Positions 44,401-56,400 of a stretch of DNA of 64,000 nucleotides are shown here, piece by piece. The position numbers and the translations under genes were made by a program. The notes beneath the pieces are model-generated. The model was not told the origin of the DNA and ran no database searches. It saw only the letters and a list, made by a program, of their open reading frames with translations. The DNA lies in the NCBI GenBank assembly GCA_002633005.1, contig NMRA01000179.1:493831-557830 (forward strand), read 5' to 3'. Source of the stretch: Phoronis australis. Lineage: Eukaryota; Animalia; Phoronida. Positions within the stretch are counted from its first letter, which is position 1, and the number at the start of each line of letters is the position of its first letter.

Positions 44401-47400
44401 TTTTCAGTGCTGCGCCACCCATGGATTTTAGAGGCAGTAAATGTAATACAAATCCGAAATTTTCAGGACAAATTAATTCTCCTGTTTAACGATCTGGTGC
44501 ACTTCAGAATTTTACCGAAAACTTCTCTTCTATAGTATTGATTGAATAATTACTACGAATAAATCTATTTTAAATTGCAAAAAAATGTACATGTGCGCTT
44601 TTAAAGCATGGGGTCAAACTAGTTGACATGTATTTTTACGTCAAATTCTATTTTTAGATGTAGTTTACTACTTTAATGGTTCTGGGGTCAAAGCTCTTTA
44701 GAGATTCTAAAAATTTCTGAGAGCAAATCGTGACAGCTAATGATATGATTAGATAAGATTATGTGGTTTTGATTAGCCAATCGCTAAATAAGTAGAATCT
44801 TGTAAAAGTGGCTGAGGAAACTGTACAACAGAGCCATCTCGTGGAAGATTCTAAAGAGGATCCTGGCAAGGGCAAGGATTAACGAACAGGAAGTTATTTA
44901 AGAGCTCGTCACTTGCATCGTGGGTAGTAAGATACTGCCTATACGTGATGCGTCACAAGAGACCGTGACCAGCGAGAGGAAAAGTGGGTAGAACATATCC
45001 TGCAAGTGTTGTGTCACCAGAGACAGTGACCAGCAAGGAGAATCGTGGATAGAAGATTCTGCCTTCAAGTGTTGCGTCACCAAAGTCTGTGACCAGCAAG
45101 AGCATTGTCGTAATACAGTGTGTTTAGTTCGAAGATTCACCAACAGACTGTCATCCAGCAAGTGAAGAGTCCTACAGGTTGAATAGCAGATAAGATATTT
45201 GATTATTTTAGCTGATTGATAGAAGTAATCTTTAAAGAGGGCGGTAGCGTTGTAGTTGATTACTTAATTAGCAACAGGTTTCACTTGTCTAATTAGCAGT
45301 TATCATATAAAAATTAATTACAAGAATTATTCTCACTCCATCTTCGCACAATCTCAAAGCATAGCTACCTTTTAAAAAACCCAAAGTCACTTTCTGACAC
45401 ATGGCAATACCTGGCTGTAACTCGCACAGCGGTGCGTTCAAGTTAGCACACGAACTCGTCTCTAAAATCAAATCGGCTCTCATCAAGACGCATGGTGCAG
45501 GTTCAGGCAGATTTACGGGTGGAATGAATGGGGACGTCGTATCGGGCCACCATTTGAAGTTTCCACCTTCACGGTAAAGGCCTATCCAAACAGACCTGCA
45601 ACGATGAGCAAACGTTGGACTATTTCTTCAGCATAAGTAGGCTTACTGGACAAATATCTCTGTGTATAGATATACATGTAGGTGCAAATTATTCCCCCAA
45701 TTGAAGTGTGATATCGAGATCTTCAGATTGCTTTCTAGTCTACGTGACTGTCGAGCCACAATGTCAAGCAAACTGTAGATTTTGAGTATACTAATCACTC
45801 ATGAAGTCGAGTTCAGACTCGATCAATTCTCTTGAATGCTGAGTCATGAAAAGATAAAAGATGATCGTTCACGTGGAACTTAGTGGCGGTGGATGAAACT
45901 TGGGGTCTCTCCCCCCAAAAATTCTCTCTGGATCTACATTGGTGTTATCAGACTGGCGTTAGCTTACGTGGCATCAATATAGAAAACACCTCTTGAAAAT
46001 AGGACTATTAGAACTAAACTGACACAAATACAGCGTTTAGCTTGCTTATATGTTACTTCTGATTTTCCGGGGACATATGCAGCTGCAGTGGAAATGCCTA
46101 GTTTTTTGACACACTTGCATATTTACATCAGCGGGGATGCTCTGCTTACAGCTTAGCGTATGAGGTGTAATAGGAAGGCGAGTCATATGGGAATCACTGA
46201 TACTGTTGCTCACAAGAGCCATATTAAAGGAGAATGCCAACCGATTTAGTTAGCCCTTTTTACCGTCTTAATCGGTCTGTATCCACATCGCCTATTATAT
46301 GGTCGACCTCACCTTGCCGAGAGGTGTCGCAGAGTGAATGCCGCTATATTACGGTGTATCGTACCCGCTTGTCCGAACTATGAAGTTGCGAAGAAAGCGG
46401 GTATATCGTTTTTTCGACTTCCTCGAGAGCCTGAAATGCTTAGGAAGTGGCTCGCCGGTAGTGAAGAATGAAAGGTACGCTGTTAATAGCAAAAAAAAGG
46501 CCGTGAAACATCTCCGTGTCTGTGGCCGTCATTTCGTCGACAGTGATTTCTCTTACAAATTCCGGCTTACCAAAAAACTATCCATACGTTCCGTTGTCTG
46601 TGCTCACGGCGCCTCGTCTCTTGTGTTTCTTGATCAGTGTATTCGGGTTCGAACTGATATCCTATGAAACCTAACGATCCGACCCGTGAAGTCTTTGTCG
46701 GATGAGCTGTAGACTAAGTCGGGATTGGCTCCGGGCGAGTTGCCATGTGGACTTTTATTATTCTGCGTTCTGTTTCAAAATGAATTATTCTCATCCTAAC
46801 CAATGCTTATATGAAACTGAAACAAAGTCTGTCTCATTAGGTACAATTTGTAATTTATTGGAGTGCTCGTGAGTGCAAATGTTTTGAGAAGCCAGCAATG
46901 AATAAACAACTGCGTTACCGGCTTTTGATGCCGGCAACAAAAGCAAATGACTGGGCACCGAGGCCGCCTTGGTTGTGAGCGCATGCTAATTCAGTGTTGG
47001 CTGACAGAAAGCTGTTGCGAAACAATTGCTCGATTTTATACGCTATGGTCACGAGTTAGGGGAATCTTTATTTAGAAATACAAATACATTATTCAATTCA
47101 TTGTTACTGTACAAGCTTTGCCCTGACGGTACGTGGAGGCGGAACCCCACTTCGCGGCCCCCGACAAGTAAGTAGATTTTCAGTTTCGTGGCTAATTCAT
47201 ATAAATAATTACGTGCAAATTATTTTTGCGGCTCACTATTGTAGTCTTTTCGTGACTGGAGGTTTAGTTTCCAACTCGAGCTGCTTTATGTTCGTGCCAC
47301 TCCCGGCGGCCGCGACGGGCCTCATCGGTTCCAAGCCGCTCAGGGACGGGTGGAGTCAGTCCGGCCGCGACGCCGGGCCAAGTGATCGGGTTCCGAGCCA

Positions 47401-50400
47401 CTGGCCGGGATAACAAGCGTTTAGTCACAAGTATAAACAACACAGATCTAGGTTCTCCTGTCTGTATTTCACGGAAGAATACTTCGAATTTATCTCCGAA
47501 CAGACCCCATACTCTTAAGGACCTTTGCAAATTGGCCTGCCGAACTTTGTAGGCTACGGTATATCCAAATAACAGTAAATCCTAACACCTCCGTCTGTCG
47601 TCAGGTGTCAGTTAACGCAACCAAACGTGCCGTTATCTAGTAGAACTGATAATGTGAACTGGGTTAAAGCCCATGTACGTATCGAGGGTAACAAAGTGCT
47701 GACAAACTTCCAAAAGAAGGAGCAAGTGCATCTTGTTTTGTACTAAAACCTTACACACCAGTTGCCTAGGTGCTCCAGAGCAAAGATAAGACGCCGGGTC
47801 CACAAAATCTCCGTGGATGCGTTGAAATAGCTCCCCACCTGCAGGCAAACCAAACAACTTTTCCAAGTCCTACTGAACCAAACAGGTTTAAATAAACTGT
47901 TATGTTTAGATAGCCTTGCTATAAGGCCGCTGATCCAGGTTATTACTGGACACTGCAACCTAGCTCGGCAACGTATCATGACAGGCCACTTGGAAAGTTC
48001 ATTTTGTTCCAACTGTGGGTTGGAGGTCGAGAATCCTCAACTTCTGGTAGTAACAGATTTGACCTACTTACAATAGACACAATGTATAGTACTTGTTGGA
48101 CACATAACCCGCCTGATAGTTCATACATATTTAATAGTCTTTTTGTCAAACAGGCAGAATGGAATATTTTACACATGAGGAATTCGATGATGTCGTATCC
48201 CCATGAGTAATAATCGAATGAAAAGTGTAATGCACCCTGCCTTGGGGCCTACACACGTCTGGTCACCTGCACACTCTTCACTCTAGACAATGGTGCACTC
48301 GAGCACGCACCATACGGCAATGACGCACAGACTAACTGACAATTAGGTTGAGGTGGAAACAGAAAATGGCAAAAGTACTTCCGAGTTCGATTTCAAATAG
48401 ACGCCGACCCTGACCAAGACCTGGCAAAAATAATACAAGAAAAAATCTGTCCTGGCTTTAAAACGGACGCTCGAGAATCATCACGTATACCGAGTTGAGC
48501 CCATTCGCATCAATTCCATTGTGGAAGCGTCGCTCTTCGACCAACAACAGATGATTTACTCATCGAGGTTTGTCTCCAAAGCCAAAGTAACCCTAGCTCA
48601 TTACTAAGAACCTAACCTCAAGGCGACATGTGTTGTTGTGGTGGAATAATATCAGTTTAAGGAGTGAGGTGCAGTGCTTTTTGAATTTAATCAGAGGCAA
48701 GCGTTGACACTGTAAAGTAGTTTAGCATGTGCACAGACAATTTTTTGCAGAGTCCCTAAAGAAGGCGCATGCATTTTGAACAACACGCATCAATACACTG
48801 GTACTAGCAGATTCATATTCATATTGTAGCTGGTGTATATCAAAACTTTGATTCATGAATTTTGACTTGAACGACTCACGTAACATTGTTTTGATTACTG
48901 AAGCATGTTACTGATTCCAGGTTTTTCTAAAAATGGAACATGGCAACAACACATAGCAATATACGATGTTTTCGGAATGGGAAAACGAAAAGGTTGCTTC
49001 TAACAAAACAGTGTGCAGAACACACCCCACCTTGGCCAAGAAGACTAGTGGAGACGACCTAGGTCATACATGTAAGAGTATACATGCAAGTGGACAAAAT
49101 ATGTTAAATGTGCTAAGTTAATGGCGCTCAAAGGCAAGTAAGTTCTAGAATGATACCGTAGCCACTACATTGCTTATGAGTACAACAACGGAATTGTAAT
49201 TGAAACAATGCAAATTCACTTACAGCTGACCTGTAATGCAGTTTTAGAAGCTTAATTTATACTCACTGCTGTAAAATGTCTGCACACGCAGCTAAATCAT
49301 CTTCATTACTAAAAGTCGCTAAGTGTCCATTGTAAAAGGCTTGGCACTTCTCTTGGGCGAGTGTCCTGTTCAGACGTTCGCTTCGGTAAACGCTGTAACA
49401 CGAACGTCCATCCCGGGATGCAATCATAGTTTGCGAACACTTCGGTAGGTAAGCTTCTGTCCACCATAGAAGAGGAAGAAATAAGACATACCAAACGAAG
49501 CACGGACATCAATTATAGTTTGGTTTTCTCAGAGCAACTATCGAAACATGTCTGCAATATCAATAATTTCTCATTTCATGAGCTTGATGGCACTATGATA
49601 TAAATCGTATGATTTGGGAAAATGCTATGCCAAATCCCTTAAAGCCAAACTTCAATGGAATCGTGTTACTTTAGATGTATTGAGTTTACCAGAGAAAAGC
49701 CATAGTAAAATAAGAAAACACGAGTTCAATCACGCGAATGTAAGCCCGTCAGATGATAGGTGAATCCGCGAGATCCCAGCACAAACAACAACAAAAAAGG
49801 ATACCAGTTGTACTAAATATGGGTCTGAATAGAACACCATTGCGTGCGGTTGTTATTCGCAGCAGCTTGAATTAAAAGGCGATTCTCGCGGTGACGTAGA
49901 CAAATCAAACCAATAGGTCTAACAGATCGTTACATTTGTCAATTTATGGCACTAGTTAGCTCAGAGCGATGATCTTAATATACTGTAGGAACCAAATTTA
50001 CAAGTGTTACCGCAGAAGATATGCTTTAAGGCTTCATATGCATCTTCTATTTAGTTCGTATTTAACCCAATGAAAGTGATGGTTGTCCTTTCTCCCCAAC
50101 TTCCGGTTGGCCCAGCTTCAAAGTAGTTTTTGACTAATTAAACAGTTTTATACTTATCCTACCCTCCCTACCCTTGTTGAACAGAATTTGCTAATGGTTC
50201 TTTTTGTTGTTACATTGAGTTCTGATACGTTATGCAAGAACATAGTCGCTAACGACCAGAAAAAACGTATTCGAGCACCGGTCACCGAGGATTGACTCTC
50301 TCTATCCCGGTCACGGCTCTCCGGACACTGGACACAAACTGAGCTACAAAGGCACAAACTGAGCCACAACACCACGTTCCTTACCATACATGTATCTCTA

Positions 50401-53400
50401 TTATCTTTCCGCCTGGTCTACTCACGCTGCATGTCCGGAACCCGCATTGTCAGGTTATTATAACCTATTTGGTTGTTTTTGTACACATTTGGTACTTTAT
50501 ATGGCATTTTCTCAATTGCAGGTTGTACCCGTTTGGTACTTAGTATCAAATTTGCCGTTTTGTTCGACCCTGTTGGTATTATTTACCCATTTGGTATTAC
50601 TTATTAACAGGTTTCCCCTCGCATTGGCTACCTGTGCTCGAAGTTTACTCGTCATATGGGGCACTTCAGTTTTTCGTTGCTCAACTCGCCAAACGCGACC
50701 TTATTTTACGAGAATGGCGTATCCAGGCTTACAAAACGGATCAACTTACACTCAGTGACAGAACGGCAAAAAAAACAAGTCCTACGAAAATCGCACAGCA
50801 GCCGTCAACTTTTGTCGCTATCTGTCGATCTTGTTTATCCACAGGCGTTCGAAAAATAACACGCTCGAACAGTGTCTGGCATACAGCGAGTGAGCTTCGG
50901 TAAGTGAGATTTGCTCGGCTGTGGTTTCCTCCTCTGCTTTTCCTGACGATAAAAGAACCTGCGGGGCACGGTTTAAGGAGAAGGATTGTATCAAAAACTT
51001 ACGGCTAACAAGGTTCCTGGAGACAAAAATAAAGACAGCGGAGGGAATAGTAGTAGTAGCCGGAGGAAGTGGTGGCGATAGGAAGAAGGGGAGACAATAA
51101 TGACTACAGTGGGTAAGTAAAGGCTATATAGACGATCAGGAGCTAGTGGTGATCGCCGGGGGACAAAACAGTTCTAACAAGAAGAAAATGGCGGCAGCGA
51201 GAAAATGGTGGCGAGCCGAGGGCAAATGATATGTGCCCTCACTAATCTTGCATTTACCTTCCTAGAAGCACAACATATTCATTTTATTTGTTCGTAACCC
51301 TCTCGCCCACCTCACTTTCGGGACGTAGTTTGCAGAGAACCCCCAGCTACGTCGCGGCAGTATGCGGTTGTATCATAATGGATCGTGAACTGATATAACG
51401 TGCATCGACGAAACTTCAACATTCAGCCCAAAGTTGACAATGAAAAAATACAATAAATCTAGTTTTAGCCTACCTTCAGAAAATAATCGTATCTACATGT
51501 ATTGTTTAGTAGTGAACATCCTGTTTGTAATTATCGTACAGTGGACGTGCAACAGCGTGCCAACAGCAGATAAGTTGCGATTGCTAGTCACGCCAAGACT
51601 AGGACTGGCGCAGTCATGAGCAGACTATTAAAACGGGGCCGAGTTGCATAGACAAAACGATCCATAGTAAAGCCGCTTCTGCGACAATTCTAAACAAACG
51701 CTGTATGCCACCATGACTGATGACAACGTTTTGAATACAACGGGATGATACATGTAGGCATTCTTGCGTTCTAAGAAGTTAATGAATAAATAACGCTACA
51801 CGTACATTAAAAGTCCCCAGTTTCTCAATGCAACAGTCGCTTTTCTTTGCTGTTTTTGTCGTGACCTACTAGACCTGGACCGCTGACAGATGGCAGCCTA
51901 AGCGCATCATAGTGGGCCGCATAACAAGCGACACCTATCGTATGTCCACGAAACTAAATTTTGGCGACCTCAAATCCGAAATGGCTAGCTGAGATATTGC
52001 TCAACTTGCCAATTCCGAGTTGGGCGTATTCGTAACGTCGGAAGCTCAGTAACTAAACTGTGCCACATGGTATTCGATATCCAATAACACATAGGGTAAA
52101 TATTTGATATATATTGTATATGCATTTTAGGTGAAAGCATCTGGTATTGTACCTCTTATCAAATATAGAACAGTGACCCTGACATTCCCAATACAACCTG
52201 AAATACATCTTATCATTGTGTTGTTTTATTTGTCCTTAATAAAGTCCATTTTTGAAGAATTGTAGTATCTATTTGTTAAACTGTTTTGAACTCATAAGCG
52301 TAAGATCCCACTTAAATACATATGTAGTGTAGAAACGTAGGCAGCAAAATCAAATTACGAGTAAGAATCATGGACGACGCAGGTAAATTATCCACTTATT
52401 TTATAAACTTTACAAATGGATTTCTCCTTTGTTGTTTCAGCACATGAACAAAAGTACTAAGCACATTAAATGCGTAATAAAACATTATTACGAGGAAACA
52501 AAATTGTCCAAGTTTTTAAGAGAAAAAAGCTGAACAAAATCAGTAGTTATATTTATTTGCTATCCATAACCTAGTCAATAAATAGGTCACACTAGGGATA
52601 TCTAATGATGTGCTATGATATATTTTCTAAAATACTTTATTAGATGAGAACTTAAAATTTTTACTGGTATGTAAATATTTAGCCATGTGCAGGTATGGAT
52701 AACTTGTACCGTAAGTGCCAAGTGTTCTTTGTTACGCTGCCCCTTTACAGGTTAAAAGGCTTATAAACCTCATGCAGGGAAAACAAATACTTACCTCCTG
52801 GCAGGCAAACGTATTTCACTTCCAGGGACGCGTTCAAGCTTATACAGTTGCTATTAAATTTCGACGCGTCCACGTAGACGTTGCAGTACGTGTTGTTGTT
52901 GCATTCGTCCATAAGCTCCCGTGTGACATTGGAATAACACGTGGTGGAATTCATACCGCATGAGGAAGTTTCATTTGAGTACCCGTATCTAGCTGATAAT
53001 ACCTTGATGATTTTATCGATGGCCGCCGCGGGATATTGAGAGCAGGATATTTGCAATACGTCTCCATCACAAGCCCGTACTGGGGGTGGACCTGAGGACA
53101 TAAGGCGATTCTATGTTTCGTGACTCGAACTTACAACAGATAACTGAGCTGAATAAAAAATTTGTTATCTTTTATTGGTTTATTAAAATCAGTCGGGTCA
53201 GTGGGCAACTTCCAAGACCTTGTGCCACGCCAGTGCGCTGATAGCTCTGGGACCTGTTTCTCGTATTCTGTCGGGTTTAGTTTTTTCTTAAATATCAGAC
53301 TATGGAAAGCTCAGCCTCTTTCATAAAAAAATCCAGAAAACCTGTCAAATCAGAGAAATGCTCGACTGAACAGATACATGTAACATATAAACGTTAGAAG

Positions 53401-56400
53401 GATTACTGCGTAACCACTCATTATGTTTGGAAAAGGCCTAATGATGTGAACCTACCACATAATATAAACAGATTAAAATAATTATTTCACGCATCCAGTT
53501 AGAATTTTGATCACCGTTTTCAAAATCAGCCTCACTATTACCTAACACCACTACACTAATATGTATAGCTGGCGTCATGATTTTGAGAACTGCAGCATTC
53601 TATCATACTTCACGGTTATCAAAACCTGGCATCCGCTATCGTTTGCCGAAGCGTGAAATCCGAGAAAATAAAGAAGACATACCAACACATTTCGGCAGAG
53701 TTGACCATTTTCCAGTAATTTCGCATTTGCCCGTAGGCATTCCGACCAATCTGTAGCCTGGATTACATTGGATTTCAACACGACCGCGGTAACCTGTGTT
53801 CGCTGCAGACATCGAAAACCCGAATTCTATATCAGGCGGAGAACATGCCAAATGTTCAGGCAAAATGACAGCTGAAAAATAACGAACTATACATTTAGTA
53901 AATTATCTCCGGTGCATTACGAGCCAAACTGTGACAGCTGTAAGTCTAGTTGTTTGAGAGTTATTAAGACCTAGAGCAGGTGGGGAAATAAAAAAAAATA
54001 ATAGGAAAAAAGATTAAAAAATCGAGAATAACAAGACTGTGCTGGTGCGCACAGAGTTACAACAAGTTTATTGCCAGAAAGTAACAATAATGTCTCTTCG
54101 CGAGTCAGACATTTTTGGAAATTTACAAACTTTCCGGTGGCTTCTGCAACATAGCGGAAATATACAAAGAAATATATTTTGGATGATGCTGTATCACAGA
54201 TGTTTAACTGTTGTCACAGTAGACTAAAAAAGATTGTTTAAAAATTATACATGCTCAATGAAATCAGATATCCTTTGTATTATTTGACCCTTTCCGATGC
54301 ATTATGAGCTCTAGTAGTGGATTTAACGTAAATTCCGTGGAAAGAGTGGACAATGCTTAGAATCACCGTAGTCTAAAACGTTGAATGAAAAGGTCAATTT
54401 TCAGAAGAAAATGCACTTAATGACCTCATAGTTGCACCAAATGACATGGTGATTTGGAATTGGAACTCAATTACACATTACACGTACCAAAACATATATA
54501 AATATGAAGTGTCTAGTTTAAAATTTATGTTTGCATTCAATGACGTTTGGTCTATTTTATCTAATTGGATGACCTGTTTTTTAAAAAAGTAGACTAAGCG
54601 CATTTGATTGGCAGGTGAGGAGGGTAGTGGATACCTGCAGGAATAAAAACAAGACCTGTCAAAGGGCGAATGATCCCAAGAGGGACAACGGCCATCCACA
54701 TAACCCCAATGCCTTGTGGGTGAAGTTGGAGAGCCTAAAGGCTACAGGAAGGACACTTCGAATGAAAAACCCGTTGACAACACGCCTAGCCAGCACGTCA
54801 GTGGTAGGCTAACAACCCAACAATGATGAAAAAGAAAGAAGGAGGCCGTAAAGCCCATGGCCAAAACGGGCAAGTTCAAGAGAAAGACTGTTCCAACCCA
54901 GACACTAGTCAGCATGACGCTGCACAGCCAAATCCATCTGGAACTTTTACAGCCGACAGGGAGAAGAACATAGTTTCAAACATCAACATACACTGTAGCT
55001 ATATACAACACGAGAACATTAAGAACAGATACTGACATCCAAAACATACTTAAAGAACTAGAAAATGTAAAATGGAACATCATTGGTCTCTGCGAAACCA
55101 AAAGATCAGGACATGGATTGATGGAAATTCCTGGGGGCATGTGGATGTACGAAATCGGAAAAACAAAAGAAACACCCAAAGCCAAAGGCATCGCACTTCT
55201 GATACAAAAAAGTTCAAAGACTATATTGAAAGTTTCGAGAAACAGAAAAGAGAGAACAATTTCATGCAAAGTAAAAATGCAGAAGAAACCACTCCAAATT
55301 ATACATTTCTATGCACCAACATCGGAATATGAAGAGCAAGAGGTTGAACAATTCTTCGAGTCCCTAGAAAAGGCAATAGACCGAAAAGCATGCTCATATA
55401 CCATCATAACTGGCGATTTCAATGCAAAATATGGCGTCAAAAATAAAGAAGAAAACATCAGAAGAGTAGGATTATTTGGAACGGGAGAAAGAAATCAGAG
55501 AGGAGAACTACTTATAATCTTCATCGAAGAACACCATCTGTGCATCACCAACTCATTCTTCAAGAAACCTAAGAACAGATGTCGGACCTGGGAAAGCCCA
55601 AATGGCCAAACAAGAAATCAAATTGGTTTTATTTTAACAACAGATAAAAACATCGTCGTGAACTGTTAAGTGTGAAATTTTAGCATTGGAAGTGACCACA
55701 GAATGGTTAGAGCAAAAAGAGCAAAAATAAGAACCAACAAAAGACTACTTAAAGGCTTAAAAGAATGTAAAGACTGAAACCATTCAAGACAAACACAGAA
55801 CACATGGAACAATGCAAAGAGGAATTTAAACTGGTACTAAAAACAGATTTCAAGCCTTAGAAGAAGAGACTCTATCAATAGAAACTTTTAACAAAATCCT
55901 AACAGAAGAAATCAAGATCCTACATGAGAAAAAGGGAAAGACAGACACAAGTATATCACTAGAAGACACTAAAATTCAACAGATGGACACAAAAAGAAAA
56001 GAACTGTACAAAACCGACAAAAAGACAGAAAGAGAAAGAACAGAATACAGTGAACTTAACAAAACAGTGAAAAAATGACGTGAAATAGCGCCCGACGAAA
56101 AAAAAGATGCTAATGGACACAATTGAAGAAGGAAAAGGACTAAAAGAAATCTACAAGTGAGGAAATAAAAAGAAGGCAACAAAAATGCGAAACTCTAACG
56201 GAGAAATAACAAACAACAGAGAAGAAAAACTCAAAATATGTGCCGATTTCTACAAAATTTTATGTGAGAAAACCATGAATCCACCGGAAAAGATAGGAAC
56301 CAGGAATATAGACACAGAACAACTACAACCAGTACCTTTCACTGAGTAGGAAGTAGAACATAATCTCAGAAGGATGATGAAAAGAAAAGCACCAGGAAAT

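Noticed and set aside
44741-45283. Possible solo LTR (TG...CA with internal tandem repeats)
   Set aside because: No target-site duplication, PBS or second copy seen; only the tandem repeat is reported.
49309-49512. ORF-track peptide with CIPGW resembling a C-type lectin start
   Set aside because: Wrong frame. The phase-compatible frame (49267-49456) gives the real CTL N-half with CY..C..HLATF.
50390-50758. 122-aa plus-strand ORF
   Set aside because: Built on degenerate ttggta repeats, with no domain signature or supported splice structure.
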